DNA of 64,000 nucleotides from NCBI RefSeq assembly GCF_056712565.1, contig NZ_CM160072.1; one strand, 5' to 3'. Shown piece by piece: positions 53,122 to 64,000 of this stretch (position 1 is its first letter; each line of letters starts with the position of its first letter). The notes under the pieces were generated by a model. It saw only the letters and a program-made list of their open reading frames with translations, ran no database searches and was not told where the DNA came from. The position numbers and the translations under genes were made by a program.

Positions 53122-54701
53122 CAGTATATCCCCATATAGTTATCCATATCCCGACGCAGGGCGATGACTTTAGTGCCGATAATGACTTGTAGGGTATTTT
53201 GATCAAGTTTAACAACCGCAATCCCGCCAGCTCTTTTTATTGCAACTTCGTCAATCAATCCCATATCTGCGATTGTTAAACGTAAACGAGTTACGCAATT
53301 ATCCAGTGACTTAATATTCTCTTTACCACCAAGTGCCTTAACCATCTGCTCCGCCGCTTGCAGCTCTGATTTATCAGGAGTTGGGATATCCGCTATAGCC
53401 GTATCTTCGTGAACGTTCAGCGTGACAGGATTGGACTCTTCACGGCCTACGGTCATCAGGTTAAATTTAAGAATGGTCCAACGGAACACAAAGTAATAAA
53501 TGAAGAAATAGGCCACTTCGACACACACCGCGATCGGCCAACCTGTTCTTGTGCCACGCAATACGCCAAAGCTAATAAATTGAATCAGATCGCCAGTAAA
53601 TCCCATCTTCACGCCCATATATGGCAGAACCATGTTAGCGAATCCATTCATAAAGGCATGGAAGACAAACAGCAGTGGACTGACAAATAAGAACAGAAAC
53701 TCAATCGGTTCGCTGACGCCGCCAATAATCACCGTAAGCACCCCGGAAATAAGCAATGCTTTGATAGCCTTTCTGTTTTGAGCATGAGCAGTGCGATACA
53801 TCGCCAGCGCGGCACCAGCCAGACCATACTGAATCATCAGTTTGCCCTGCTCCATTTTCCCCGCCAAATCCAGCGGAATGACCGCATTCTCTTTAACGTA
53901 TGCCATAAACATGTTCAGGGTGCCGTAATATTCTTCGCCGCCAATCACAGCCGAACCGCCGATTGGCGTAAAGCGGAAAACTGACGTCACCAGATGGTTT
54001 AAGCCAAAAGGAATCGTCACACGTTCGGCAACTGCATAGAAGAAATAACCAACAGGACCGGAAGTTGAAATCCAGTGTCCAATGAGCATGAAAAGATTGA
54101 AAAACGGCGGCCAGATAAAAGGAATGATCAGACCAAATCCACTCATCACAATCAGTGTAATGATAGGCACCAGACGTGGGCCGCTATAAAAACCTAATGA
54201 TTCTGGAATGCGTAAATTAACGATCTTTTTATACATGCTGGCGACTAATAACCCAGCAACAATTCCCCCCAACACGCTGGTATTGTAGGACTGGATCCCC
54301 AGAATGATGGTTTGCCCATGTGTCGACATTTGGTCAGCAACGACCAATAAGTCGTGCTGTTTAAGATAAAAGTTCGTTCCCAGATGCATCGCCATAAAAC
54401 CAATTAAGCCAGAAAAAGCACCATAGGCTTTATCCTCTTTATCTTTTAATAATCCTAAGGGAATCGCTATCGCAAACAATACAGGTAAATTAACAAAGGC
54501 AAACAAACCAAGACTAACAATGAAATCAAGTATGGTTTTAATTATTGGAATAGCCAGAAATGGAATTAACTTTGCCATATCATCACTGGCTAAACCACTT
54601 CCCAGCCCTAGCATCATGCCACATACACTTAGCAGAGCAATGGGATACATAAATGCCTTCCCCAGGCTCTGAAAAAAACTCCAGGCTTTCTTTTGTTTCA
54701 T
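53121..54701 (-). CDS. PTS EIICB component (glucose/maltose/N-acetylglucosamine family)
   Basis: 526 aa; multi-TM EIIC domain plus C-terminal EIIB with NCVTRLRL active-site Cys. Confidence 0.8.
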   Translation of the reverse strand: MKQKKAWSFFQSLGKAFMYPIALLSVCGMMLGLGSGLASDDMAKLIPFLAIPIIKTILDFIVSLGLFAFVNLPVLFAIAIPLGLLKDKEDKAYGAFSGLIGFMAMHLGTNFYLKQHDLLVVADQMSTHGQTIILGIQSYNTSVLGGIVAGLLVASMYKKIVNLRIPESLGFYSGPRLVPIITLIVMSGFGLIIPFIWPPFFNLFMLIGHWISTSGPVGYFFYAVAERVTIPFGLNHLVTSVFRFTPIGGSAVIGGEEYYGTLNMFMAYVKENAVIPLDLAGKMEQGKLMIQYGLAGAALAMYRTAHAQNRKAIKALLISGVLTVIIGGVSEPIEFLFLFVSPLLFVFHAFMNGFANMVLPYMGVKMGFTGDLIQFISFGVLRGTRTGWPIAVCVEVAYFFIYYFVFRWTILKFNLMTVGREESNPVTLNVHEDTAIADIPTPDKSELQAAEQMVKALGGKENIKSLDNCVTRLRLTIADMGLIDEVAIKRAGGIAVVKLDQNTLQVIIGTKVIALRRDMDNYMGIY

Positions 54702-54732
54702 GTGGGTTATCTCATATAAATGTTATATATAA

Positions 54733-55557
54733 TTAGTCCATTAATACTTTGGTACGAATAGAGAGATATAATTTTTCTTCTAAAATTAATTCATATTTAA
54801 AAGTGGCATACAGATACCGTTCAATTTCATGAATTGCGCGCTGTAACAGGATGTCCTTTTCAAGAAACTGTTCATAGATATCACCAATATCTTTCTGTTT
54901 TATTTTTTCATTGCATAACACGCGACTTGAAAAATATTTAAGGTGCATCATAAATCTGGAATAGTTAAATGAACTTCTGTCCACCTTTCTGTTATAAACA
55001 ACTTCAATAAGCTCCGTGATTATTTGCGACAACTCAATAATCCGTACTGATTCATAATCAACTGAATTTTCATAATTATTTAAAATATGCAATGCTATAA
55101 AACCAATCTCATCATCAGGAAGTTGAACGCTGAATTGCTCATTAATGATAGTTAATGCATCGCGACTTATCGCATACTCTGCTTTGTACAACGCTTTGAT
55201 TTCATCAAGGAAAACATTATTAATTTGTATACCTGAAACGACTCGGGATATTGCATTCGAAATGTGATCCGCAAGAATCAATAGTAGCGATGGATTGAGA
55301 TTTTTTTCGAGATTTTTCTCCGCATATTGCACTATTTTTTCGGCAACAAACACATACTCAATATCTACATGTTCAATCAATTTATAAAGTTTGTTTTTTT
55401 GTTCATTTCTGACATAAAAAATCCGGTTAGCCGGATGCTCAGGGACCGACATTCCATATTTTTTGTTGTAACCGACGCCAGGCCCAGAAATGATAACCTC
55501 CTGTCCATTCATCGATGCCTGTACACAATTATTGTTCATGACTTTTTCGATGATCAT
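54733..55557 (-). CDS. BglG/LicT-family transcriptional antiterminator
   Basis: about 275 aa from MIIEKVMNNNCVQASMNGQEVIISGPGVGYNKK (CAT RNA-binding domain) followed by PRD-like regions. Confidence 0.7.
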   Translation of the reverse strand: MIIEKVMNNNCVQASMNGQEVIISGPGVGYNKKYGMSVPEHPANRIFYVRNEQKNKLYKLIEHVDIEYVFVAEKIVQYAEKNLEKNLNPSLLLILADHISNAISRVVSGIQINNVFLDEIKALYKAEYAISRDALTIINEQFSVQLPDDEIGFIALHILNNYENSVDYESVRIIELSQIITELIEVVYNRKVDRSSFNYSRFMMHLKYFSSRVLCNEKIKQKDIGDIYEQFLEKDILLQRAIHEIERYLYATFKYELILEEKLYLSIRTKVLMD

Positions 55558-55561
55558 TCCA

Positions 55562-55612
55562 TGGCTCCAAAAAAAAAGGCAAGGCACGTCAGAAGTAATA
55601 ACTACTTCAAAC
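55562..55612 (-). terminator. leader hairpin with T-run directly upstream of the antiterminator gene
   Basis: on the minus strand aggcaaggcaatgtttgaagtagttattacttctgacgtgccttgcct followed by ttttttttt and ggag-ATG. Confidence 0.45.
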
Positions 55613-55814
55613 ATTGCCTTGCCTGATTTAACAGTTACAAGATGATTAACTAATGCGTATACATTACACGGAATTGTGCTTAATTAAAGAGATGGTCGGC
55701 TTATTTTTCAAGCCGACATTCAAATATCCGACATCAGTCACAAAACCAGCGTCTAATATTCAGGTAAATGTTATCTATTCAACGAAATATAAATTCATTG
55801 AATAAATAAAAACA

Positions 55815-57068
55815 TTATCCCCTTCTCGCCAGCGTCGCCCCATCGGCAAAATACGCTTTAATTCCCGCAAGAATAGACTCCGCAACTTCCTGCTGGAAAG
55901 TCGCCGTTTTCAGTTTACGCTCTTCCTCAACGTTACTGATAAACGCCGTTTCGACCAGAATGGAGGGAATATCTGGTGCCTTTAGTACGGCAAACCCGGC
56001 CTGTTCAACTTGATTTTTATGCAGCTTGTTGATTTTACCGAGCTTATTCAGCACCGCTTTACCAAACTTAAGGCTGTCGGCAATGGTCAGCGACTGCACC
56101 ATATCGAACATGGTGTGGTCGACATAGCGGTCACCGCTTTTGCTTACGCCACCAATCAAGTCCGAGGCGTTCTGGGTTTGTGCCAGATATTTTGCCGCAG
56201 TACTGGTTGCGCCTTTGGTTGAGAGCGCAAACACCGAGGAACCGCTCGGCTGGCGACTGGTAAAGGCGTCGGCATGGATAGAAACAAACAAGTCAGCGCG
56301 CTGTTTCTGGGCTTTTGCTACGCGCACTTGCAACGGAATGAAGATGTCTTCATTGCGCGTCATGTACACCTTCATATTGCCCTCTTTCTCGATCAGAGAG
56401 CGCAGACGGCGAGCTATTTGCAATACCACGTCTTTTTCGCGCGTTTTGTATTTCCCCACCGCACCGGAGTCTTCGCCACCGTGGCCAGGGTCAAGCATAA
56501 TGACAATCGGACGATCCCGCCCAGCTTTACCCGGTTGTGGACCACTTTGTGCTGGCGGCACCTGCTTTTCGAGGTCGCCTTTGTTGTAATCCTCCAGCAG
56601 CGCCAGCAGCGGGTCCTGCATATCCTGTGCATTGGCCGGATAGAGGTCCATCACCAGACGCTCTTTAAACCCGGCGACCGGCGCAAGGGCAAACAGCTGC
56701 GGTTTTACGTTTTGCTTTAATTCAAAAACCATACGTACGGTTTGCGGGTCAAATTGCCCGACGCGCGCCGACTTGATGAACGGGTCGTCAGCGCGGATTT
56801 GCGCAGCCATCCCCTTGAGCACCGAGTTCAGGTTTACATCTTCGATATCCACCACCACGCGTTCAGGATTACTCAACGCGAACTGCTTATATTTCAGCTG
56901 ACGATTTGATTCTACCGTCACGCGGGTGTAGCTGGACGCAGGCCAGACGCGCACCGCCACGACCTGGCTGACCGCAGCCAGGCTGACCTGACTTACGCTC
57001 AATAGCCACATGGCACCCGCGCCTTGCAGTAAACGACGACGGCTGATTGCAGTGTTGGATCCTGACAT
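55815..57068 (-). CDS. amiC: N-acetylmuramoyl-L-alanine amidase AmiC
   Basis: ORF 55815-57158; conserved start [24 protein letters not shown] (Tat signal) at 57068 gives 417 aa. Confidence 0.9.
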
Positions 57069-57299
57069 GCCTCTCCCGAGCAAAAGAAATCTAAGCTGTG
57101 TAACAAGTAAACGACCAATTTGACCGGAAACTTTAGCGAAAGACGCATAATCTGTCATCTATAAAACGGTAAACATTCTTTTTATATTCACGGTATTACT
57201 GATAAAAAACTCGCTCCCGCATAAAATTTACACTTGCACCCTGCGAAAAAACAGAATAAAAATACAATAATTTCGAATAATCATGCAAAGAGGTATACC

Positions 57300-58631
57300 G
57301 TGGTAAAGGAACGTAAAACCGAGCTGGTCGAGGGATTCCGCCATTCGGTTCCCTATATCAATACCCACCGGGGAAAAACGTTTGTCATCATGCTCGGCGG
57401 TGAAGCCATTGAGCATGAGAATTTCTCCAGTATCGTTAATGATATCGGGTTGTTGCACAGCCTCGGCATCCGTCTGGTGGTGGTCTATGGCGCACGTCCG
57501 CAGATCGACGCAAATCTGGCTGCACATCACCACGAACCGCTGTATCACAAGAATATACGTGTGACCGACGCCAAAACACTGGAACTGGTGAAGCAGGCAG
57601 CGGGAACATTGCAACTGGATATTACTGCTCGCCTGTCGATGAGTCTCAATAACACACCGCTGCAGGGCGCGCATATCAACGTCGTCAGTGGTAATTTTAT
57701 TATTGCCCAGCCGCTGGGCGTCGATGACGGCGTGGATTACTGTCATAGCGGGCGTATCCGGCGGATTGATGAAGACGCGATCCATCGTCAACTGGACAGC
57801 GGTGCAATAGTGCTAATGGGGCCGGTCGCTGTTTCGGTCACTGGCGAGAGCTTTAATCTGACCTCGGAAGAGATTGCCACTCAACTGGCCATCAAACTGA
57901 AAGCTGAAAAAATGATTGGTTTTTGCTCTTCCCAGGGCGTCACTAATGACGACGGTGATATTGTCTCCGAACTTTTCCCTAACGAAGCGCAAGCACGGGT
58001 AGAAGCCCAGGAAGAGAAAGGCGATTACAACTCCGGTACGGTGCGCTTTTTGCGTGGCGCAGTGAAAGCCTGCCGCAGCGGCGTGCGTCGCTGTCATTTA
58101 ATCAGTTATCAGGAAGATGGCGCGCTGTTGCAAGAGTTGTTCTCACGCGACGGTATCGGTACGCAGATTGTGATGGAAAGCGCCGAGCAGATTCGTCGCG
58201 CAACAATCAACGATATTGGCGGTATTCTGGAGTTGATTCGCCCGCTGGAGCAACAAGGTATTCTGGTACGCCGTTCTCGCGAGCAGCTGGAGATGGAAAT
58301 CGACAAATTCACCATTATTCAGCGCGATAACACGACTATTGCCTGCGCCGCGCTCTATCCGTTCCCGGAAGAGAAGATTGGGGAAATGGCCTGTGTGGCA
58401 GTTCACCCGGATTACCGCAGTTCATCACGGGGCGAGGTTCTGCTGGAACGCATTGCCGCTCAGGCGAAGCAGAGCGGCTTAAGCAAATTGTTTGTGCTGA
58501 CCACGCGCAGTATTCACTGGTTCCAGGAACGTGGATTTACCCCAGTGGATATTGATTTACTGCCCGAGAGCAAAAAGCAGTTGTACAACTACCAGCGTAA
58601 ATCCAAAGTTTTGATGGCGGATTTAGGGTAA
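57300..58631 (+). CDS. argA: N-acetylglutamate synthase ArgA (GTG start)
   Basis: ORF 57234-58631; conserved start (M)[35 protein letters not shown] at GTG 57300 gives 443 aa. Confidence 0.9.
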   Translation: MVKERKTELVEGFRHSVPYINTHRGKTFVIMLGGEAIEHENFSSIVNDIGLLHSLGIRLVVVYGARPQIDANLAAHHHEPLYHKNIRVTDAKTLELVKQAAGTLQLDITARLSMSLNNTPLQGAHINVVSGNFIIAQPLGVDDGVDYCHSGRIRRIDEDAIHRQLDSGAIVLMGPVAVSVTGESFNLTSEEIATQLAIKLKAEKMIGFCSSQGVTNDDGDIVSELFPNEAQARVEAQEEKGDYNSGTVRFLRGAVKACRSGVRRCHLISYQEDGALLQELFSRDGIGTQIVMESAEQIRRATINDIGGILELIRPLEQQGILVRRSREQLEMEIDKFTIIQRDNTTIACAALYPFPEEKIGEMACVAVHPDYRSSSRGEVLLERIAAQAKQSGLSKLFVLTTRSIHWFQERGFTPVDIDLLPESKKQLYNYQRKSKVLMADLG

Positions 58632-58643
58632 GCGATGAAAATC

Positions 58644-58684
58644 GCCGGATGCGACATGCGTAACACTCGTGCGTCGCATCAGGC
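58644..58684. repeat. REP-like palindrome between convergent argA and recD
   Basis: gccggatgcgacatgcg...cgtgcgtcgcatcaggc. Confidence 0.5.
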
Positions 58685-58692
58685 AATTACGT

Positions 58693-60519
58693 TTATCCCC
58701 GTGAACTAAACAACGCCGCCAGACCACTGCGCCGCTCAGTACGAGTGGCGATTGCCGCACTTAATATGCGCTCATCGGCATACAGCGACAGACGGCGACG
58801 CGCGCGGGTCACCGCGGTGTAAACCAGCTCTCGCGTTACTACCGGCGTGCGTTGACTCGGTAAAATCAACGCCGCATGGTCGAACTCCGATCCCTGCGAT
58901 TTATGTACCGTCATCGCCCACGTCGTTTCGTGCTCTGGCAGGCGACTCGGTTGCACAGACTTAATATTGCCGTCCGGCATCGCAAACCAGACGCGCGTCC
59001 CCTGCCCGCGATCCAGCGCAATACCAATATCGCCATTAAACAACCCAAGCGCGCTGTCATTACGGGCAATCATCACCGGTCGGCCTTCGTACCAACGAGA
59101 GTGCGGATGACGATGAATTTTGCGCTTCTGTTGCATAAACTGCTCAATTCGCTCATTCAGTCCAGCCACGCCAAACGGCCCTTCCCGCAGGGCGCACAAA
59201 AGCTGGTACTCATTGAACGCCTGAATGATTAAATCCGGCTCGGCACGCGCTTGCAGCAGATCCAGATAACGTCCGTAACCCGCAAGAGCTTCCTCAAGCA
59301 TCGCAATATAATCTTCGCCGCTCTGTAAAAGTCGTTTTTCGATATCAGTAAAATCCTGCTGAAAAACGGTTTTCACTGCCGTTTTATCACCACGGTTAAT
59401 CGCCGCAGCTAACTGACCAATGCCAGAATCGCTGCCGAAACGATAGCTTTTTTGCAGCAGGCAGAGGCTGTCGCGCAAAGATGCCGCTTCTGTGCCAGTT
59501 CCTGCTGGAACGTGGCTTCCCGTCAGGCGGCTCAACTGCCCGGCACGCTCGGCGGTAAAGCCCGCGTTGGCATAAGCGCAGATATCGCCCAGCACAGCCC
59601 CAGCCTCAACCGAGGCCAGTTGATCACGATCGCCGAGAAAGATCACTCGCGCATGATCGGGCAAGGCGTCGATCAGTCTCGACATCATAGGAAGATCGAT
59701 CATTGACGCTTCATCTACCACCAGCACATCAAGATGCAGCGGGTTACCGGCATGATGACGTAAACGCTGGCTACCCGGCTGCGCACCCAGCAATCGGTGC
59801 AAAGTGCTGGCATCTTCCGGAATGCGTTTCTTTTGTTCATCGGTCAGCGGTAATTGTCGCAAAGCCTTGCCGAGAGATTCGGTTAAGCGCGCGGCAGCTT
59901 TACCCGTTGGTGCAGCCAGACGGATACGGCAGCGTTCGCCGTCGGCCATCTGAATTAAGGCTGCCAGCAACTTCGCTACGGTGGTCGTTTTACCGGTGCC
60001 AGGACCGCCGGAAATCACCGAAATCCGCCGCGTCAGCGCCACTGCCGCCGCAACTTTTTGCCAGTTAATTTCATCGCTTACTGGAAAAAGTTTGTCCAGG
60101 GTTTGCGCCAGTAGAGCTTCATCAACCTCAATGGCATGATTCACTTCGTTGAAAAAGCGTGCCACTGTGCGCTCGTTACACCACATGCGATTCAAATAAA
60201 GACGATCGCCACAGAGGATCATCGGCGTTGGTTCATCTCCCCGGCTGACCGCTTGTGAAGCCAGCAAGCATTCTTCCCAATTTTGTAGTTCACCGATTTC
60301 ACTGACACAGGTCGCCAACAGCGGATGCGATGCCTCGTTATTTTCCAGTCGTGAAAGCGGCAAACAAACGTGTCCCTCTCCGGCATCATGACTTAATAGT
60401 GCCGCCGCGAGGGTGACGGCAGGATGTTCATCTCCCGCCACGGTCAGGGCAAACTGCACGTCCAGCGGGCGTAGCTGTTTGTGCTCCACAGCTTCCAGTA
60501 ATTGCTTTTGCAATTTCAT
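58693..60519 (-). CDS. recD: exodeoxyribonuclease V alpha subunit RecD
   Basis: 608 aa with Walker [12 protein letters not shown]. Confidence 0.95.
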   Translation of the reverse strand: MKLQKQLLEAVEHKQLRPLDVQFALTVAGDEHPAVTLAAALLSHDAGEGHVCLPLSRLENNEASHPLLATCVSEIGELQNWEECLLASQAVSRGDEPTPMILCGDRLYLNRMWCNERTVARFFNEVNHAIEVDEALLAQTLDKLFPVSDEINWQKVAAAVALTRRISVISGGPGTGKTTTVAKLLAALIQMADGERCRIRLAAPTGKAAARLTESLGKALRQLPLTDEQKKRIPEDASTLHRLLGAQPGSQRLRHHAGNPLHLDVLVVDEASMIDLPMMSRLIDALPDHARVIFLGDRDQLASVEAGAVLGDICAYANAGFTAERAGQLSRLTGSHVPAGTGTEAASLRDSLCLLQKSYRFGSDSGIGQLAAAINRGDKTAVKTVFQQDFTDIEKRLLQSGEDYIAMLEEALAGYGRYLDLLQARAEPDLIIQAFNEYQLLCALREGPFGVAGLNERIEQFMQQKRKIHRHPHSRWYEGRPVMIARNDSALGLFNGDIGIALDRGQGTRVWFAMPDGNIKSVQPSRLPEHETTWAMTVHKSQGSEFDHAALILPSQRTPVVTRELVYTAVTRARRRLSLYADERILSAAIATRTERRSGLAALFSSRG

Positions 60520-63500
60520 TACGCCTCCTCCAGGGTCATACTGGCAAACATCTCATCCATCAGGTCAATCAACCCGGCGTTGGGTCGGGTCGCGTAGATC
60601 CCTTGTTGCGGATGTTCTTTATCAACGCCACGCAGGAACAGATAAATAACGCCGCCAAAGTGGCGCTCATAGTCGTAATCAGCAATACGATGGCGCAGAT
60701 AACGGTGCAGCGCCAGGGTATAAAGCTGATATTGCAGATCATAGCGGTGTGCCTGCATTGCCGCTGCCATAGCCTGTTGGGTGTAAGCCGAACTGTCTTC
60801 ACCCAACCAGTTGGATTTATAGTCGAGCAGGTAATAACGCCCTTCGTGGCGGAACACCAGATCGATAAAGCCTTTTAACATGCCACGTACCTGCATGAAC
60901 TCCAGCGGCGGGCAGCCAGCGGATAGCGGGTCAAACTGGCGAATTAGTGCATCAAGCTGGCTGGCGATAAGCGGTTCACTAATCGGCAGGTAAAACTCCA
61001 TCTCCACCTGTTTATCGCGATCGGAAAGCTGATTCAGGCTAACACCCGTTTCATTGAGAGGTGCCTGGAGGACAGCCGTGATCCACTCAGTCAACACCAG
61101 TTCCCACTGCGGTTCAAAGCCACCGAGCTCCAGTTTTTCCTGTACCCAGTTCGGGTCAATCGGCTGGGTAAAATCGAGGTCTTCAAACAAACTGTGCAAG
61201 AATGTCCCCGGTGACGCACCGCGCGGGAACTGATGCGGTGTTAACGTCGGTTCTTCAACGACGCTGACCACGCCTGCGGCATCAACATCCAGCCGTGGCA
61301 TCAGATCCTGAGCGATACCGTGACCACGCTGCTGCAAACCGGAGTAGCTGGTGACACGCCAGTTATCGCCGGGCAATCGTTGTAGCGTCCTCGCATTCAG
61401 TTCTGCAGTTAATGCATCATTAACCTGCCAGGGCTGGTTATCACCAATTTGTGCCGTTTGCCAGGCAATATCATCATTGCACAACGCTTCAATACAGGTA
61501 CGAAGCCCTGCCGCATCTTGCGGTTCTCCTTTTTGCAGCAAACGCCCGAGCGCACTTTGGTGGACGTCGGTATCACCTTTTTTATCGCCACGACGGCGCA
61601 CCAGCGGTGCAACGCCGAGACTGCAATGCCAAACCGAACGCGTCAGCGCCACGTAAAGCAAACGCAGATCTTCCGCCAGACGTTCGGCCTCCGCGAGGTC
61701 GACGCTTTCTGGCGCAGCATTAAGATCCAGAACGGCCTCAAACGAGTGGCGATCGTGATAAAACGCCTGATCCTGGACGCGGAAATTGGTAATAAATGGC
61801 AACCAGACCAGCGGATATTCCAGCCCTTTTGATTTGTGTATCGTGACAATCTGCACCAGATGTTTATCACTTTCGAGGCGCATTTGTTGGCTGGAGGCAT
61901 TACTGTCTGGCTCGAGGATATGTTGCGATAACCAGCGTACCAGCGCATGTTCACTTTCCAGCTGCGTTCCGGCTTCTTGTAGCAGTTCGCTGATATGCAA
62001 GATATCGGTAAGACGCCGCTCACCGCCTGCCGTTGCCAGCAAGTTTTCTGCAATGTTACGCGCCGACATCAGCGCCCGCAGCATCGGCATAACGCCACGT
62101 TTGCGCCAGATTTGCCGATAACCATCGAACTCTTCGACGACCGCATCCCACGCATGTTCGTCATTATTCAGCGTTTCAATATCCAGCGCATTCAGCCCCA
62201 TCATTGACGTTGCCAGCGCACTGCGCAGGGTGTTCTCACGTTCGGGCGTCATCACCGCCTGCAACAGCCAAAGCATCTCCTGTGCTTCCAGAGTTTCAAA
62301 AACACTGTCGCGGTTCGAAAGGTAAACGGAAGGGATTTCCAGCAGCGTTAAGGCATCGCGCACCTGAGCGGCCTCCTGGCGGCTGCGCACCAGCACACTG
62401 ATGTCCGAAGCACGCACCGGACGCGCATCGTCGCCGTTCATCAGCAACGCTTCGCCGCGTTGCCCGGCTTGTAGCCAGTCGCAGATTTGCGCAGCACATA
62501 CCTGCGCCATGGTACTTTGATAGTCGCCAACGCCGCAGCTTTCGCCTTCCATCAGCCACATTTTCATCGCAGGCTGCGTTTCACCTTTAAATACAAAACG
62601 TAACGCCTGATTTTTGCCGGCAGATTTCACAGGAATAAACGGTATTTCACGAAACATGAACGCGTCATCAGTCTGGCTGAAAAGTTTGTTAACGCTGTTC
62701 ACCATTCCCGGTGCGGAACGCCAGTTGGTATCTAAGGTGTAGTGAGCATGAACTTCGCTACGCGCCTTCATATAAGTGAAGATATCCGCACCCCGGAATG
62801 CATATATGGCCTGTTTCGGGTCGCCAATCAGCAACAATGCGGTTTCCGGCTGATGGTGCCAGATACGGCGAAAAATTCGATACTGTTGGGGGTCGGTATC
62901 CTGAAATTCATCGATCATTGCCACCGGGAATCGCGTACGGATCGCCGCTGCCAATACCTCGCCGCTTTCACTACGCAGCGCGGAATCGAGCCGACTTAAC
63001 ATGTCATCAAAACCCAATTCGCCACGGCGGCGTTTTTCACGCGCTACTGTTTCGCGGATCTCAGCCAATGCGCGAGTGATCACCAGATCGCGGATCGACA
63101 ATGGTTCTGCAAGCAGTTGATCGATCGCCTCAAACAGTGGATGTCGCGGGGTTTCCCCCCCGGCTTTCGTGCGATCTTCTAAGAAACGCTGAGAGAATTT
63201 TTCCAGCGACTCCGGCAACTGATAGCTGTTGGTCTCTTCTTCTGCCCAGGCGCTGATCTTCTCGATCCATTTAGCCTGATTGCTACGGTTAAACTTGCGT
63301 CGATCAATACCAGAAGATTCGATCAGCGCATCCAGTTCACCCACTGCGTCGCGCCACTGCTGTTTTACGGCATCAATACGCGCCACAATTTGCGCGTGGC
63401 GGGAAGCCAGCGTTTCATCATCGGGGGGCGGTGCTTTGATAACCGGCGCTTCGCCTTGCAGATAACGATTAATATCGCGCAGCAACGCCTGCGGCCCTTT

Positions 63501-64000
63501 CCAGGTTTCAAAGACGACCTGGGCAATTTCACGCGGCAGCGGGTAGCAGTGGCGACGCCAGAAATCGGCGCAGGCCTGGTAGCGTAGCAGAGACTCATCT
63601 TCAATCAGCTGCTGCTCAAACAGCATGCCGGATTCAAAGGCATTCAGGTTGAGCATGCGCTGGCAAAAGCCGTGAATAGTAAAGACTGCCGCTTCATCCA
63701 TCTGCCGCTCGGCTAACAACAACCACTGCGCGGCTTGCGCTTTATCGTCGATCTCTTCCAGCAGGCGTTTGTACAGTGGATTGTCGGTGGTTTCACGCAG
63801 ACAGGCGATGCGCAACTCGTGGATATTGCTACGGATACGACCACGCAATTCTGCCGTAGCAGCCTCGGTAAAGGTCACCACCAGCAGTTCTTCAACGGTC
63901 AGCGGGCGGGGAAAGGCGGCAGAACCGCCTAGTCCAAGTAACAGGCGCAAATAGAGCGCCGCAATCGTAAAGGTTTTGCCTGTGCCGGCAGAGGCTTCAA
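60519..64000 (-). CDS. recB: exodeoxyribonuclease V beta subunit RecB (5' end beyond the window)
   Basis: frame open to the window edge; the final codons encode ...[29 protein letters not shown] (Walker A); its stop overlaps the recD start. Confidence 0.9.
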   Translation of the reverse strand, partial: EASAGTGKTFTIAALYLRLLLGLGGSAAFPRPLTVEELLVVTFTEAATAELRGRIRSNIHELRIACLRETTDNPLYKRLLEEIDDKAQAAQWLLLAERQMDEAAVFTIHGFCQRMLNLNAFESGMLFEQQLIEDESLLRYQACADFWRRHCYPLPREIAQVVFETWKGPQALLRDINRYLQGEAPVIKAPPPDDETLASRHAQIVARIDAVKQQWRDAVGELDALIESSGIDRRKFNRSNQAKWIEKISAWAEEETNSYQLPESLEKFSQRFLEDRTKAGGETPRHPLFEAIDQLLAEPLSIRDLVITRALAEIRETVAREKRRRGELGFDDMLSRLDSALRSESGEVLAAAIRTRFPVAMIDEFQDTDPQQYRIFRRIWHHQPETALLLIGDPKQAIYAFRGADIFTYMKARSEVHAHYTLDTNWRSAPGMVNSVNKLFSQTDDAFMFREIPFIPVKSAGKNQALRFVFKGETQPAMKMWLMEGESCGVGDYQSTMAQVCAAQICDWLQAGQRGEALLMNGDDARPVRASDISVLVRSRQEAAQVRDALTLLEIPSVYLSNRDSVFETLEAQEMLWLLQAVMTPERENTLRSALATSMMGLNALDIETLNNDEHAWDAVVEEFDGYRQIWRKRGVMPMLRALMSARNIAENLLATAGGERRLTDILHISELLQEAGTQLESEHALVRWLSQHILEPDSNASSQQMRLESDKHLVQIVTIHKSKGLEYPLVWLPFITNFRVQDQAFYHDRHSFEAVLDLNAAPESVDLAEAERLAEDLRLLYVALTRSVWHCSLGVAPLVRRRGDKKGDTDVHQSALGRLLQKGEPQDAAGLRTCIEALCNDDIAWQTAQIGDNQPWQVNDALTAELNARTLQRLPGDNWRVTSYSGLQQRGHGIAQDLMPRLDVDAAGVVSVVEEPTLTPHQFPRGASPGTFLHSLFEDLDFTQPIDPNWVQEKLELGGFEPQWELVLTEWITAVLQAPLNETGVSLNQLSDRDKQVEMEFYLPISEPLIASQLDALIRQFDPLSAGCPPLEFMQVRGMLKGFIDLVFRHEGRYYLLDYKSNWLGEDSSAYTQQAMAAAMQAHRYDLQYQLYTLALHRYLRHRIADYDYERHFGGVIYLFLRGVDKEHPQQGIYATRPNAGLIDLMDEMFASMTLEEA

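Noticed and set aside
63950-64000. Apparent Met start for recB at 63950
   Set aside because: The frame stays open to the window edge and the final codons encode the RecB Walker A region, so the true start is beyond position 64000.

Overview
Escherichia coli-type chromosomal segment running sdaC-sdaB-xni-fucAO/fucPIKUR-rlmM-ygdD-gcvA-gcvB-ygdI-csdAE-tcdA-mltA-metZWV ... amiC-argA-recD-recB. The flanks match the K-12 gene order from memory, but about 36 kb of accessory DNA sits between the three initiator tRNA-Met genes and amiC. Most of it (approx. 19647-50275) is a complete type VI secretion system (T6SS) island with all 13 core genes plus PAAR and a TagL-like anchor, bounded by a 41-bp direct repeat of the tRNA 3' end and lacking any integrase. 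Three AT-rich cargo patches interrupt the GC-rich core genes: a VgrG-linked lipase effector split by a frameshift with putative immunity genes; a PAAR gene followed by an unknown membrane protein; and a PAAR-toxin fusion with an unrecognised C-terminal domain plus a putative immunity gene, bracketed by a duplicated tssA 3' end. A second AT-rich module (50328-55612) encodes a BglG-type antiterminator-controlled PTS operon. fucP carries a 1-bp frameshift. No rRNA, CRISPR, IS element or prophage was seen. All calls rest on reading the supplied ORF translations and sequence by eye; no database search or computation was run, and no GC values were calculated.
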